DNA from: the human T2T-CHM13v2.0 reference genome, Homo sapiens
Strand: one strand, 5' to 3'
Length of the DNA: 64,000 nt
Assembly (NCBI RefSeq): GCF_009914755.1
Contig: NC_060933.1
Shown: piece by piece, positions 25,983 through 40,009 of the stretch
Layout: the number at the start of each line of letters is the position of its first letter
How positions within the stretch are numbered: the stretch's first letter is position 1
The notes under the pieces: generated by a model
The model's database searches: none
What the model saw: only the letters and a program-made list of their open reading frames with translations
Told to the model about the DNA's origin: nothing
Program-made: the position numbers and the translations under genes

Positions 25983-27009
25983 AAAACCTTAGCAAAAATA
26001 TAAAATATATAAAGGATGGAAAATTTAGAACCAAAAATTATATTAGCCAACTTAAAAAAAAAATTGATGGATGTGCTCAACATCTGAATGCAGAGATCAG
26101 AAAGAAGAACCTATAAACTTGAATATAGAGCAATAAAAACTTGCCAATATGAGTAAGACTGAAAAATTAGATTGGAAAAAGGAACAGAGTCTCAGGGACC
26201 TGTGAAACTATTAAAAATAAATCTATATCCATGTCATTGGAATTCCACAAGGAGAAGAGAAAGAGTGAAAGACAGAGAATATTAGATTTGTCCAGTTTGT
26301 CAAAAACATAAACCTACAGTTGAGCAAACAGCAGACTGAACTCAAAGAATTTCCCACCAAGATACATCATAAATTTCTCAAAAATAAAGACAAAAATAAA
26401 AAACATCTTAAAAGAAATGAGAAGGAAACAAAATATTATCTATAGAAAGAAAAATAATTCTAAAGGTAGCAAATATTTTATTAGCAACTATAATGACCAG
26501 AAGATAATGGCACAATATTTTTCCAGTGTTGAAAGAAAATAACTGTTAGCTCAGAACCCTATATCCTTCTGAAGGATATATCCACTGAAAATATGCTTCA
26601 GTAATAAAGGAACTTCATGACCATCTCAGATGAAGGAGGACCAAGATAACTTGTTGTCAAAATACCTAAAAAATGGCTAGAAAAATTTTTCTAAACTGAA
26701 AAGATAAAAGAACGATTCATGGAACATCAGGAAGGACCAAAGATAAGAGAAAAATATGATAAATATAATACCTTTTCCTCTAATGTTTCTAATGCTCTGC
26801 TTCATAATTAAAGCAACAAATATCACACTGTTTAATGTGTTCTTTATATGAAGGAAATATTTAAGATGATTATGTTACAATAGAAGGAGGATAAAAGGAA
26901 GAAAATGGAGGTAAGATTTCCACACTTTACTCAAAATAGCAAAACAATAACACCAGTAGACTGTGATAAGTTATGTAGATGTAACATAATAGTTACAGCG
27001 ACCATCAAA

Positions 27010-27520
27010 TATACTCAAATACACAATGGAATGCTATTTAGCCTTAAGAAAAGAAAAAAAAAGTCCTGTCATTGGCAGCAACATGGTTGTACTTGGAGGA
27101 CATTACATAAAGTGAAAAAAGCCAGGCATGAAAAGACAAATACCACATGATCTCACTTTGATATGAAATCCAAAAAAACTCAACTAATAAAAACAGACTA
27201 GAATGGTGGTTGCCAGGGGCTGATGGGAGGAGATGAATTGGGAAGATATTGGTCAAAGAACACGAAATTTCAGTTACACAAAAAGAATAAGCTCAAGAGA
27301 TCTCTTATACAACATGGCGACTATAGTTAATAATGATGTATAGTATACTTGAAAATTACCAGGAGAGTAGATTTTAAGTATTCTCACCACAAAAAATAAG
27401 TATATGAGGTAATGTGTATATTAATTACTATATAAATTGAACCATTCCACAATGTATACGTATTTCAAAACATCATATTATACATAATAAATATATACAT
27501 TTTTACTTGTCAATTAAAAA
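27010..27520 (+). mobile_element. 5'-truncated L1MA (L1MA7/8-like) 3' end nested in L1MC
   Basis: tacacaatggaatgctatttagcc...aataagctcaagagatctcttatacaacatggcgactatagttaataa...cttgtcaattaaaaa. Confidence 0.88.
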
Positions 27521-29258
27521 TCTAAGAAGAAAATTATAAAAAAACTATAGGTAAATGAAAATGTAATTATCAAATATATTTAAGAAGCCCACAGGAAGGC
27601 AGGAAAAGAAAACACAGAAACAAAAAGGAAAAAGAGCAAAACAGAAAGCAAAAGTTAAAATTGTAGGCTTAAGATCCAACATATCAATAATTAATGTACA
27701 TGGAGGTTGTCTAATCCCATCCATTAAAAGACAGGGATTGAGAGATTAGTTTTAAAAATAGTACCCAATTATATGCTATTTACTAGAAACTCACAGCAAA
27801 TAAAACCATACAAGCAGATTGAGAGTTAAAGGATGGAAAAAGATATATCGCACAATCATTAATCCAAAGAAAAGAGAAGTGCCTGTATTAATATTAGATA
27901 AAATAGACTTCAGAGCAAATAAAATTACTGGATACACAGAAAAACAGGATATATTGATAAAATGATCAACCCCCTAAGAAGTCATTGCAATCCTAAATGT
28001 TTAAACACCAGACAAAAGAGCTGCATATTATGTGAAGCAGACACTGATGATAATGAAAAGAGAATTAGACAAACGTACTATTAAACTTGAAGAATTCAAC
28101 ATCCCTCTCTCAACAACAGATAGAACTAGACAGAAATCAACAAGAATGTAGAACTCAACAATACTATATCCACTGATATATCCACTGAAAGTATGCTTCA
28201 GTAATAAAGGAACATCATGACAATCTCAGATGAAAGTATTATCTTGAAACCAAATATCTTGTTATTATCTTGAAACCAAAACTAGAAATAAATGAAACAA
28301 CAAAAGAAAATAATATTCATCAATATTAATATAACATGGCACCCAACAACAGAACAGAGTCTCTGACTGCACGTGTAACATATACCAAGATAGAAGGATG
28401 AAATCCTGAGCATAAAACTCACCTCAACAAATCCCCCAAAAACCTGAAATCATACAAAGTTTGCTCTCTGGCCACAGTGGAATTAACCTAAAAAGCAGTA
28501 ACAAAAAGATAACAGAAAAATTTTCAAATAATTAGAAACTCATAACACATTTCTAAATAATTCTTGGATCAAAAAGAAAATCTGAAGGGGAACAAAAAAT
28601 GCATGGCACTAAATAAAAATGAAATCATAGCATATCAAAATTTGTGAGATAGTGTTAAGGCAGTTTTGTGAGAGAAATTTAAACCACTAAATGTTTACAT
28701 TAGAAAAAAAAGGAAAAGTCCAAATAATATAAGTTTTCTCTTCAAACATCTAGAAAAAGAAGAGTAAAATAAACACAAATCTACTTGAATGGAATAATAA
28801 AGATGAGAAGAAACATGTGAAGATGAAAATAGATATTAGAGAAAAAACAATGAAATAAAAAGCTACCTCTTTGAAAATATCCATAAAATTGACAAATGTC
28901 TACTAAGACTGAAAAAGAATAAAAGAGAGAATATACAACATTTTGGCATCAGGAAGAAAATAGCGACTATCACTACAGACCCTGCAGTTACCTAAAGAAT
29001 AAAAATGGAATACTACGAAGAATTCTGCACACAGAAATTTGAAAAGTTAGATGAAAAGAACCAACTTCAGGAAGAACACACTCCACAAAGCATCCAATGT
29101 GAAATAGACCATTTAAATAGCTATATAACTATTAATTAAATTTGAATTCATAATATAAAATTTCCTACATGAAGCTCTATAAGCACAGATGGCTTTACTG
29201 GAGAATTCTAACAAAGGTTTGAAGAACCTTTGTTCTAAAGAACTGTTAATATCAATTC

Positions 29259-29798
29259 TGTATTAGGGTTCTCTAGAGGGACAGAATAATAGGATATATG
29301 GAAATATGAAAGTGAGTTTATTATGGAGAATTGACTCACACAAAGTAAAGTCCCACGATAGGCCATTTGCAAGGAAGCCAGTGGTAGACCAGTCAGAGTC
29401 CCAAAACCTCAAAAGTAGGGAAGCCAACTGAAGCCTTCAGTCTGTGGCCAAAGGCCCTGGAGCCCCTGGCAAACCACTGGTGTAAGTTCAGGAGTCCAAA
29501 AGCTGAATAATTTGGAGTCTGATGTTCGAGGGCAAGAAGCATCCAGTGTGGGAGAAAGATGAAGGCCAGAAGCCTCAGCAAGTCTGCTCTTCCATCTTCT
29601 CCTGCCTGCTTTATTCTAGCCACGCTGGTAGCTAATTAGATGATGCCCACCCATATTGAGGGTGGGTCTGCCTCTCCTAGTCCACGGACTCAAATGTTAA
29701 TGTTAATCTCCTCTGGCAACACCCTCACAGACACATATAGGAACAACATTTTGCATCCTTCATTCCAATCAAATTGACACTCAATATTAACCATTGCA
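29259..29798 (-). mobile_element. MLT2A2-like HERV-L solo LTR
   Basis: tgtattagggttctctagagggacagaa...cccaaaacctcaaaagtagggaagcc...gacactcaatattaaccattgca; TSD aattc/aattt. Confidence 0.92.
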
Positions 29799-32329
29799 AA
29801 TTTTTTATTATCTCTTCCAGAAAATAGAAGAGGAGGGAGAATTTCCCATTTTATTTTATGAAGCTGGTATTATCTTGAAACCAAAACTAGAAATAAATGA
29901 AACAACAAAAGAAAACTACAAAGCAACATCCTTTATAAATATACATGCAAATATTTTTTTAAATATGATCAAAGAGAATTCAGTAGCAAATAAAAACAAG
30001 GATATACTATGACAAAATTGAGTGTATTCCAAAAATTGGAGCTGATTCAATTTTTGAAAATTAATCAGTATTGTTTACCATATTGAGTAACTAAAGAAGA
30101 AAAATCATCTGATTATATAAATCAGTGCAGAAAACTGTTAAAAAATGAACACCTATTTATGTTAGATACTCTCAGAAAAGTGGAAGTAAAGGAGAACTTC
30201 CTCAACTTTATAAAGGATATGTACAATACATCTCAATTAACATGATTGTTAATGGTGAATGACCATTTAAAAGCAGGATCAATGCAAGTTTGCCTGTTCT
30301 CAGCACTCTTATTCAACACAGTGCTGGAAATTCTAGCAAGTACAATAAGAAAGTATCTGAATAAAGGCATACAGATCAGAGTGTAAAAAATTAAACTGTT
30401 CTTATTTGCAGATGACATAATATTCTGTGTAGAAAACTACATGGAATCTAAAAATAAATCTCCTAAAATGAATAGATGAGTAAAACAATGTCACAGAATG
30501 AAATATAAACATACAGAAATAAATTGTATTTCTACAAACTAGCAAGAAACACATAGACACAGAAATTAAATGCAATAGCATTTATAATTGCTCAAAAATG
30601 TGAACTAATTAGGTGTAAGTCTAATAAAGTTTCTATCGTCTTACATGCTGATATCCATAATCTGGTGATAAATCAAAGAAGATTGAAATAAATGGAGAGA
30701 CATATTGTTTTTGTGGATTGGAAGACTCAAAGATGTCAATTCTCCCCAAATTGACATAAAGTTTAACACAATTTTTACCAAAATACAGCAAAAATTTTAT
30801 ATTAATACAAGAGTTTTCTAAAGTTTGTATGGAAACACAAAGGAACTATATTAGCTAAAACATTTTTTATAAAAAGAAGAGAGTGAGAGGAATTAGTCTA
30901 CCTGATTTCAAGACTTATAATTACAGTAATTAATACTCTGTAGTGTTGGAGGAGAGATAGACATGTATCAATGAAACAGAATAGGGCAACCTGAGATATT
31001 CCCATTCCTACACAAATGTGCACAAGTAATGTTTGACAAAGGTGCAAAATCAGTTAAATGAATGGAAGAATGCCATTTAAGCAAATGGCAATCAGGCAAT
31101 TAATTGGATATCCATAAGCCAAACACTGAACATCATCCGAAATCTCATAGGTTTTACAAAAATTAGCCCAAAATGGATCATTGACTTAAATGTGATATAA
31201 AAAACTATAAAATGGATAGAAGAAAATGTAAAAAAAAAATCAGAATTTAGAACCAAACAGAATTCTTATGCTTGACACCAAAAGTATAACCTATGTAAGG
31301 AAATATTGGTAAATAGAAGGTCATCGAAATAAAAAACTTTGTTGCTTGAAATATCTTGTAATAGAATCAAAGACAAGCTGAAGACTTAGAGAAAATATTT
31401 GCGAATTAAATATGCAAGAAAGGGATAGTATCCAGAATATAGAAAGCAATCCCAAACTTCAATAATTTAAAAAGAGAGAGCGAGCCAACTTGAAAATGGG
31501 CAAAAGATATGAACAGTCATTTCACTGAAGTGGATATACAGATGCCAAATAAGCACATGAAAAGATGATCAACATCACAATGCAATATAATTACATACCT
31601 ATCATAATGGCAAAAAGAAATAATATGGAGAACACCAAATGATAGTGATGACGGGGGAATACTGGATCACTCATACATTGCTGGTGAGATTGTAAATGGT
31701 TCAGGCACTCTGGACAAGAAACGATTTCTTAAAAAAGAAAGAACTTGCAACTACCCTATGAATCGGCAATTGTACTCTTGGGCATTTAATGCAGAAAAAA
31801 ATGAAAATTTATATTCACACAAAAATCTGTATGTGACAGTTTATAGCACCTTTATTCATCATAGTCAATGATTAGAAACAATCTGGATGTCCTTCTACAG
31901 ATGAAGGAGTAAAAAATTCCTGGTACCTACTTACCATGGAGTAGTACTCAGAAATAAAAAAGAAAACAAACTAATGATGCATACACACAACAAGAGAATC
32001 ATACTGAATAAAAAATCCAATACTGAAAGGTTATATACTGCATGATTCCACTTATGTAATATTATTGAGATGACAAAAGTTATAAAATGAAGAAAAAAAT
32101 AGCAGTTACCAAACATTAAGAATGGAATGAAGGGGGAAGGACGGGAGTGTGACTATAGAAAGACAACATGAGGGATCCTTATGGTGATGACAATGTTCTA
32201 TAACTTGACTTTATCAATGTTAATATCCTCATTGTGCTCTTATACAACACTTTTGCAAGATTTTATAATTACAAGAAACTAAAGGGTACCATGGGATCTC
32301 TCTTCATTATTTTTTACAACTACATGTGA

Positions 32330-32777
<448 letters not shown>

Positions 32778-32859
32778 CTGTTTAATTTTCTTAGACACAT
32801 CACGTGTCAGACCACTTGTCCTACTCCACAAGTTTTCTCAGTCTCAACTGCTCAAATCT

Positions 32860-33335
32860 TCAACTACATGCTCTGACTCCACTGCAGCCACAGCCAATCA
32901 ACTACATGAATGTTTTGAGCTCAGTCAGTCACTTTCCAAAGTCCCTGGTCCCTTTTTCTGTCACTTCTGGACTCTAGTGAAGTGCTACAACGGACGAGGC
33001 AACTCTAAAATGCAGAGCAGTTTTCAAAGTTTGTGGGACAAACTTTTAAAAACGGTGGAGGGGCAGGGGCAGAATGAATGAGATCCACGTAGGTAAATTT
33101 CCTGTCACTCCTCCTGGTAGACTGCTTAAGGAATGGTTCTGGCTGTGTCTCCTTGTGGCTCGTTGTAAATCATTGACTTGTATAGTAATATAGCTTCTGG
33201 CTTTGCTTGCTGTTTTTCCATACCTTACCCTCCTACTTTTCTTCATTTTTGCTGGGCTGGGAGTGAACCTCTATAAAATATAATCAGCAGTTAAACCCTG
33301 ATTCAGTATTTGTTTTTCAGGAAATACATCTTATT
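32860..33335 (+). mobile_element. LTR16-like ERVL LTR (degenerate)
   Basis: tgtgggacaaactttt...ggtaaatttcctg and 3' end aaaccctgattcagtatttgtttttcaggaaatac. Confidence 0.45.
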
Positions 33336-33477
33336 AATGTTTATAGTTTCCACTCCCATACACATAGTATTTTCTTTGAATTTCTAGACTAAGGCAGCCA
33401 AGAAATATTTCACCTCTGTGTAATTCTTTGGGTTTATTCTTGTTATTTTTTATGATAACAACAAACTAATTCGGAAA

Positions 33478-33670
33478 CAGCATAGCATAGTAGTTTATAG
33501 AACTAATTTGAGAGTCAGAAATTCCTTGCTTTAACATTTACCACTTGTTTGCATTTGAGTAAACTATTCAAATTTTAGGAGCATGAGTAAATTGGTGATA
33601 ATAATATCAATGTCACAGGATTTTTAGGAGGATGAAATAAATGAAGCACATATGGACTATCTAATCTGTA
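33478..33670 (+). mobile_element. MIR
   Basis: cagcatagcatagtagttt...ttgagagtcaga...gtaaattggtgataataatatcaatgtcacaggatttttaggaggatgaaataa. Confidence 0.7.
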
Positions 33671-34031
33671 ATTAATACTACAGATGCTCTATCTTTTTCC
33701 ATGTTCTTCTCAGCAATGCTTTTAACCAGTTATAGTTTTGTGGCTTTGTCATCAGGGATCTTCTTGCTTCAGCATATAATTTTTTTAATATATGTGTTTG
33801 TTTTAGGATCGCTTCTCAAACTGCCACCTTGATAACGGACCACAAAAGAGTACTTGAATGCCTGGTAGCCAAGTCTTTATAGTGCTAACCATGGAAACAT
33901 AGTCCAGTTACTTCACCTCTTCCAGTTAGCTTTACTCTTCCTATATGTAAAATGAATATAATGAGATATTATGAGAGTTAAACATAGCAGTGAGTCCAAT
34001 AAATACTCATGGTGATCACAACTTCAGGTGA

Positions 34032-34197
34032 CCTTCTTTCCTTCCTTCCCTCCTTCCTTCCTTCCTCCCTCCCTTCCTTCCTTCCTCCCTCCCTCCCTCT
34101 CTCCTTCTTTTCCTCCCTCCCTCCCTCCTTTCCTCCCTCCCTCCCTCCCTCCCTTCTTCCTTCCTTCCTTCCTTCCTTCCTTCCTTCCTTCCTTCTT
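34032..34197. repeat. (TTCC)n/(TCCC)n polypyrimidine microsatellite
   Basis: About 165 bp made only of C and T. Confidence 0.97.
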
Positions 34198-35402
34198 AGT
34201 ATTCCATCTTGCCTTGAGGTGCTACATCTCTGTGGGTAAAATTTTCATATATGATTTTATTTTAGTATTTCAGTAACTGATATTCCATGAATTTATGGCT
34301 TAGAAACACCTGTTTATGGTGTTTTTTTTTTAATTTCACAGTGCTACAATAAAGCACTAGTATTTTTATATATTAATATATACATATAAGCAAAAGACAC
34401 CAGGGTATGGGGTTCTTGATTAATGCTTTTACGTATTTTCCCCAAAATGGTTTTAAACATTCAGTATCATATCTCTTCTCTTATTAGTGAATGTTTGATG
34501 TGCATATGAAAGGATATCATTGCCGATGATTTTAAAACATAAATTATATGGCATCTGTTGGTATGTTGTAAAAAAGGGGGAAAAAGATGCATAACTACTG
34601 AATGTAGCTATTTAGGAATGCACTTAGTGTAAAAATATGAGAAAGATGTAGGGAGAAAAAGAACTGAACAAAATTAATAAAACAAAAAATAAAAGGAAAC
34701 CACTTAAGCATTGTACAGTTCTTCTTCCTTCCAAGACTGAAATGTGATATTAACTGTAACTGCCAATCACTATAGCTTTATTTAAGTACATTAGCCGTGG
34801 AGAAGAGTAATAAATTTAATACTAGCTTGTTTCTGATATTGAGTTACTTACTAATGTGAGTGGCAGTAGAATTACTGTGATCAAATGAACACATTTACGT
34901 GCACCTGTGTAATTTAAGTGAAATGTTAAATCACAAAAATGTAAACAACAGTGTGTGCTATTTGTCAGAAACTTCCAGGGAAAATTGTCAACTAGGACTT
35001 TTTATAGCTGCTCTGAGAAGTAAGTGCATGCATCTAGAGTCAGCAGCTGCCTTAAGTATTTCTGTGATAGGTCTTGCCTTGAATTTTTGTTAAGATACTA
35101 GGACCCAAACACCTGACTTCCAGGGTGCTGCTTCAGGTTGTGTGTATTGACAAAGAGACCTAATTTATTAATTAGCTTATCCAGTTAAAATTTGCCTTGT
35201 TATTTATACTTTACATCTGTTCTCAACCTTTTATTCTATATTGAAAAATCAGAAAACTGGAAAGAAAGATTTATAGCATATATATTTAAACTGTATGTAT
35301 AAATAGGATTTAACTTAATCTTCTAGACAAAATTGAACATTTTAAAAACTAAGATGAACATGGTAGTTAGGAGCAATTGTCAAATAAATTTTTCACCTAC
35401 AG

Positions 35403-35588
35403 CAGTGTCATCCAATAAAAATATAATATGAACCACATATGTAATTTAAAAATTTTTAGTAGCCATGTTTCAAAAAAGTGAAAAGAATCAGACAGGTATT
35501 TTAGACTTACAGCATATCTTAGTGTGAACTGGTATCATTTCAATGCTTAATACCACATGTACTGAGTAATGACCATTGGAAAGCACAG
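35403..35588 (+). mobile_element. MER33 (hAT-Charlie) with internal deletion
   Basis: cagtgtcatccaataaaaatataatatgaaccacatatgtaattt... joined to tattttagacttacagcatatct...attggaaagcacag; flanked by atctagaa-type target site. Confidence 0.8.
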
Positions 35589-36140
35589 ATCTAGAATCTA
35601 GACATAATATAAGCTTAAGTGGTGTACAATTTTAAGAACTGCTGTGGGATTTTTCTGTGCAATTATAGATAACTGTAACACTAAGCAATAATTAGAAAGT
35701 GTTTGGAACAAAAATTATTCAAAATTTTAGTATTTCAGAGGCAGAGTTTGAATATGACATACTTGTGGATGGAAAGAAAGTTGTAATAGGAGATTACTTG
35801 CTTTACATTTTAAACTTAATGATTTGTCAAGATGACATAAAGACGCAATCAGGCTGAGGTATGGAAAATAATTTATGTCACTGAATTTGCAACTCAATAA
35901 TATTAGGGTTAAAATTAGAACTGAATTAAATTAAGTTTTCTTGTTAGTTTTCATATACCATACAAACTAGAATGTAAAGATCGATGAAAGAAGAGAAGAC
36001 TTTTTCTTGAACAACTCATGATTAAGTGTGTGAAGAGTGTGATCTGTTTGAAAGGGATAACTTAAACAAAAACAAAATCCAACTAAGTCTAAAACAATTT
36101 AATTTATAAATATTATTAGTTCTTAAAAGTAAGTAGGATT

Positions 36141-36455
<315 letters not shown>

Positions 36456-36599
36456 CAGTAGGATGACTTATCATAGCAATAAATTTTAACAGAGGAAAAA
36501 CTTTAATTTTTTTAATTTTTAATCATTAAAAATTATTTTTCATATCTTGAGACAAAAAATGTAATTTGAAAACTTTTTAAAAATAAACAGTCTGATATG

Positions 36600-37710
36600 T
36601 AACAAAGGCATATCCAAACATGCTTCTACTGTATAGATTTTTTAAAATTCACAACTTTGTAAGATGGTTTGTTTTATAAATTATACTCTCTCCTCATCAT
36701 ATAAACAAAGAGGTTCAAAGACTTCTTACAGACATACGATGTGGTCATAATATTTTGTGAATGGGATAGGATATGAAATTATTAATATACTTTCAAATTG
36801 GTAAATATTACATAGAAGATATACTCAAGGATATGTCAAATTGCTACTAGTTGTTTTTGGTCATTTCTATTTTTTTACTTTTTGACATTTTAAAAGAGTA
36901 ATTTTAATTTAATAATAAAGCCAATGAGGCTTATCTCATCATACAAAGAAAACATAAATTGTTGCATTTGCATTCATAAAAAGTAAAAAATTTCTTTTAA
37001 TCAAAAATATCCAAAGAGAAAAAGACATAAGTCTGGGAGAACTATATGTGACAAATATAATAAGAAATTAATAGCCTTACTGTACAAAAAATTAAAACCA
37101 ACAGATTAAAAATAAGATTATAAGAAAAGAATAGTCAAAACAAAAGGAAAATAACACAAAAAAATCAACCTCACTAATAACCAAATGAATGATAATTTTA
37201 ACCATGAAATATCATTTTCAAACATTAATTCAGTAAATTTTTTTAAATAACAAATGTATATTATTAGAAAACATCAAACAAAACACTCCATTTATTCACC
37301 GTTGGTGGAAATACAAGTTGGCATAAATTGTCTGAGATATAATTTGACAAGACTATCCATAACTCTACAGAAATCTTGCCTTTATCCTAAAGATGTACTA
37401 AAAAATATTGCACTAAAATTTAAGTATGAGGCATTTATTCCAATTTTATTCTGTTTCTATTTTAAATAAAATATTTAAATGTTAAAAAAATTACAACAGC
37501 AAAGTAAATAATGGTATGTTCACTAAAATGAACATTATCCAGTTATTAAAAACAATGTTTTCAAGGAATATAAAAAGTTTGCAATCTTAGTAAAAACAAC
37601 AGAAAAAAATCTGTTTATTAACAATTAACATAGCAGCAAAAACTAACCACGCTTTAAAAGAAATAAGTAAAAACTAATCAAAATTGTAAATTAGTGGTTA
37701 CTGTATTATA
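36600..37710 (+). mobile_element. Highly degenerate L1M(E)-like fragments
   Basis: A-rich; tcaacctcactaataacc...atgaaatatcatttt...gttggtggaaatacaagttggc...tttatcctaaag resemble the L1 ORF2 3' end. Confidence 0.55.
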
Positions 37711-40009
37711 TGCCTTGCCAAGCATTCGTGAAGTGAAACCTCTTCAATGTTTTAATTAATGTTTTAAGTCATCTAAAATTTAATCAAGTACTTTATAAAT
37801 AACATTGAAGTTGATTAAGTTTTTAAAAGACTTTGTGAGGGTTTATGAAAGCAGAAGGCTAAAGCCACATACCATGTGAGAAATATTCATCCATCTTGGT
37901 ATGCTGAAAATGGCTAAAATAATGTATGGAAAACAATATGGTGGTGTATTGTGATGTGTTCTTTGTCAGTAAATAATGTTGAAAGAGGTGGAAGCCTTAT
38001 TGCTGAAGATTTAAAGCAACCAGTCTTACAGCGAATTATGTAGGGTGAAAGGTTTGCAGTACAGCAGGATCAAAGTAAGGAAGTTTCTACACACTTTGAA
38101 TTACGCTAGATATTATTTTTTTCAATTATAACATAAATAAACTACTCTTTATGAGCACTCAAAGAAAGATACTATTTCCCTAAGAAATAGCTTAATGAAA
38201 ACAATAGTAAAACTGTGCTGTAGCTGCTTTTATATGACTAAAAATAAAAGAAAACCATTGTGATATGTTGCAGAGTTAGCACTTCAGTTGAATTCATTCA
38301 CTGTATCATGCCCAGGAAAACTTTCATAGCAGAGATTTTAAGCCAGAAATATAAAGTGCTACAAACTATCATTAGTTTTAATTCTTTAATCAAAATAAGG
38401 TGCTTTAAATGTAGTTAACTCTTTAAATAAGTGTATTATAAAATTCAACATAATTATCAAAATTCAACATAATTATCAAAACAGATCAACAACATAATTA
38501 TCAAAACAGATCTATTCAAACAGCAGAGATCTTAAAAGAGTTGCTGATCTTTAGAATAAGGTATGTGTTCTTTTTCAAAAATCAAGTGTTTCAAAATTAC
38601 TTTTCTCTGATGACAAGCACTGCCAGTAATATGCTAGCCACTTAACAGATAAAGGCAATATTTTAATAGTAAGCAAGTAGTAATTGTTTTTGAAAGAATA
38701 TCATATTATGGACTGTACATTTTGAAGACTAGCATTTTGAAGTTTTTCTTCCATTATATGATTTGCTGTTCAAACTAATAGACTAGCCTTATATAGTCAT
38801 ATCTGTACATTAGAAATAGGAAATATGATTTTTGAAATTTTAGTATCCTTTAAATTAAATGATTTTATGGAGTCATGAACTTGTTCATCACATATAAAAA
38901 CATGACACTTTCAGATTTATTTAAAAGCACAAACAATTAATATTTTTTAAAAAAACTGTACAGTATGCCTGAACAATTGAATAACTGGACAATGGATTTG
39001 AGTAGTGAGTGTTACGATTTAGAAATGCAGTCAGTGATGCAAGCCTCCCTTCTGGATCCATATTTCTTTGTAAAATACCTATTTTGGCTATGATAGCCAT
39101 TCAAACAATGTAGTTAAATAAACAACTTAGAAGCAGATTGCTATATCACAAAATATTGAAGCAATAATTTCATTGCTATTTAATGGTACTGTTATAATTT
39201 ATAATATATTAAAAACAATTTTGTAGAGACAAAAATTTTAAAATAGTATTTCATTGTTACATTTAAATTTCTGTTATTAAATGCTTTAGCATTTTTAATG
39301 TCAGTACAATAGTATATCTTTAAAGAACATGTTAATAAATATACATATGCTGTGGTACATTTTTTGCAATTTATATTGTCTGACTACTGCTCTATCATTA
39401 GCTTGGCAAAGGGCAATCTCTGCCTGGCCCAAATGAGTTCACACAGTCTTGAGGCCAACAGCCTCGTAGGAATAAAGACTGTGCTTTTGCTGGTCACTTT
39501 TCTCTATCATATGTCTTACCTTCATAAACTTTACAGAGAACAACAGGTTATTCTGTAAAAGTTATTTAGAATTTCAGTATGTGGCCAAACGTTAATTTCA
39601 TATGACCCCACCAATATTTCATGTGAGAAAAATTAGTATATAAAACATTTATATTTATATGGTTTTAGTTATGAAAAGATATATATACAAGTTCATACAA
39701 AAATTAGGAGGCAATATACTAAATAGTTTATATACTAAATTATACTGTATACTACATAGTAGAATTAATGGTAACTCCTATCATCGTTTGTGTAATTAGT
39801 CATGTTTTAAGTTTGTGAAAATAAGAAATAAAACCGGGTATTAGGAAGTATAATCAGCTCAATTGTTTTCAGTATTTATTTTCCTACAATAGTATAGACC
39901 TGGTCTAAGTTCTTATTTATGTGAAAATAAATAAATATGCAGATTATCACTACAGGTTATATAGTGACAAAATATTCACGAGGGAAGAGTATCTCCCAAG
40001 GAAAGAAAT

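Noticed and set aside
33807-34020. Acceptor tttgttttag with downstream AATAAA as a terminal exon
   Set aside because: The poly(A) signal lies in a MIR remnant and there is no independent support.
34009-34276. Pro/Ser/Leu/Phe-rich ORFs
   Set aside because: Translations of the (TTCC)n microsatellite.
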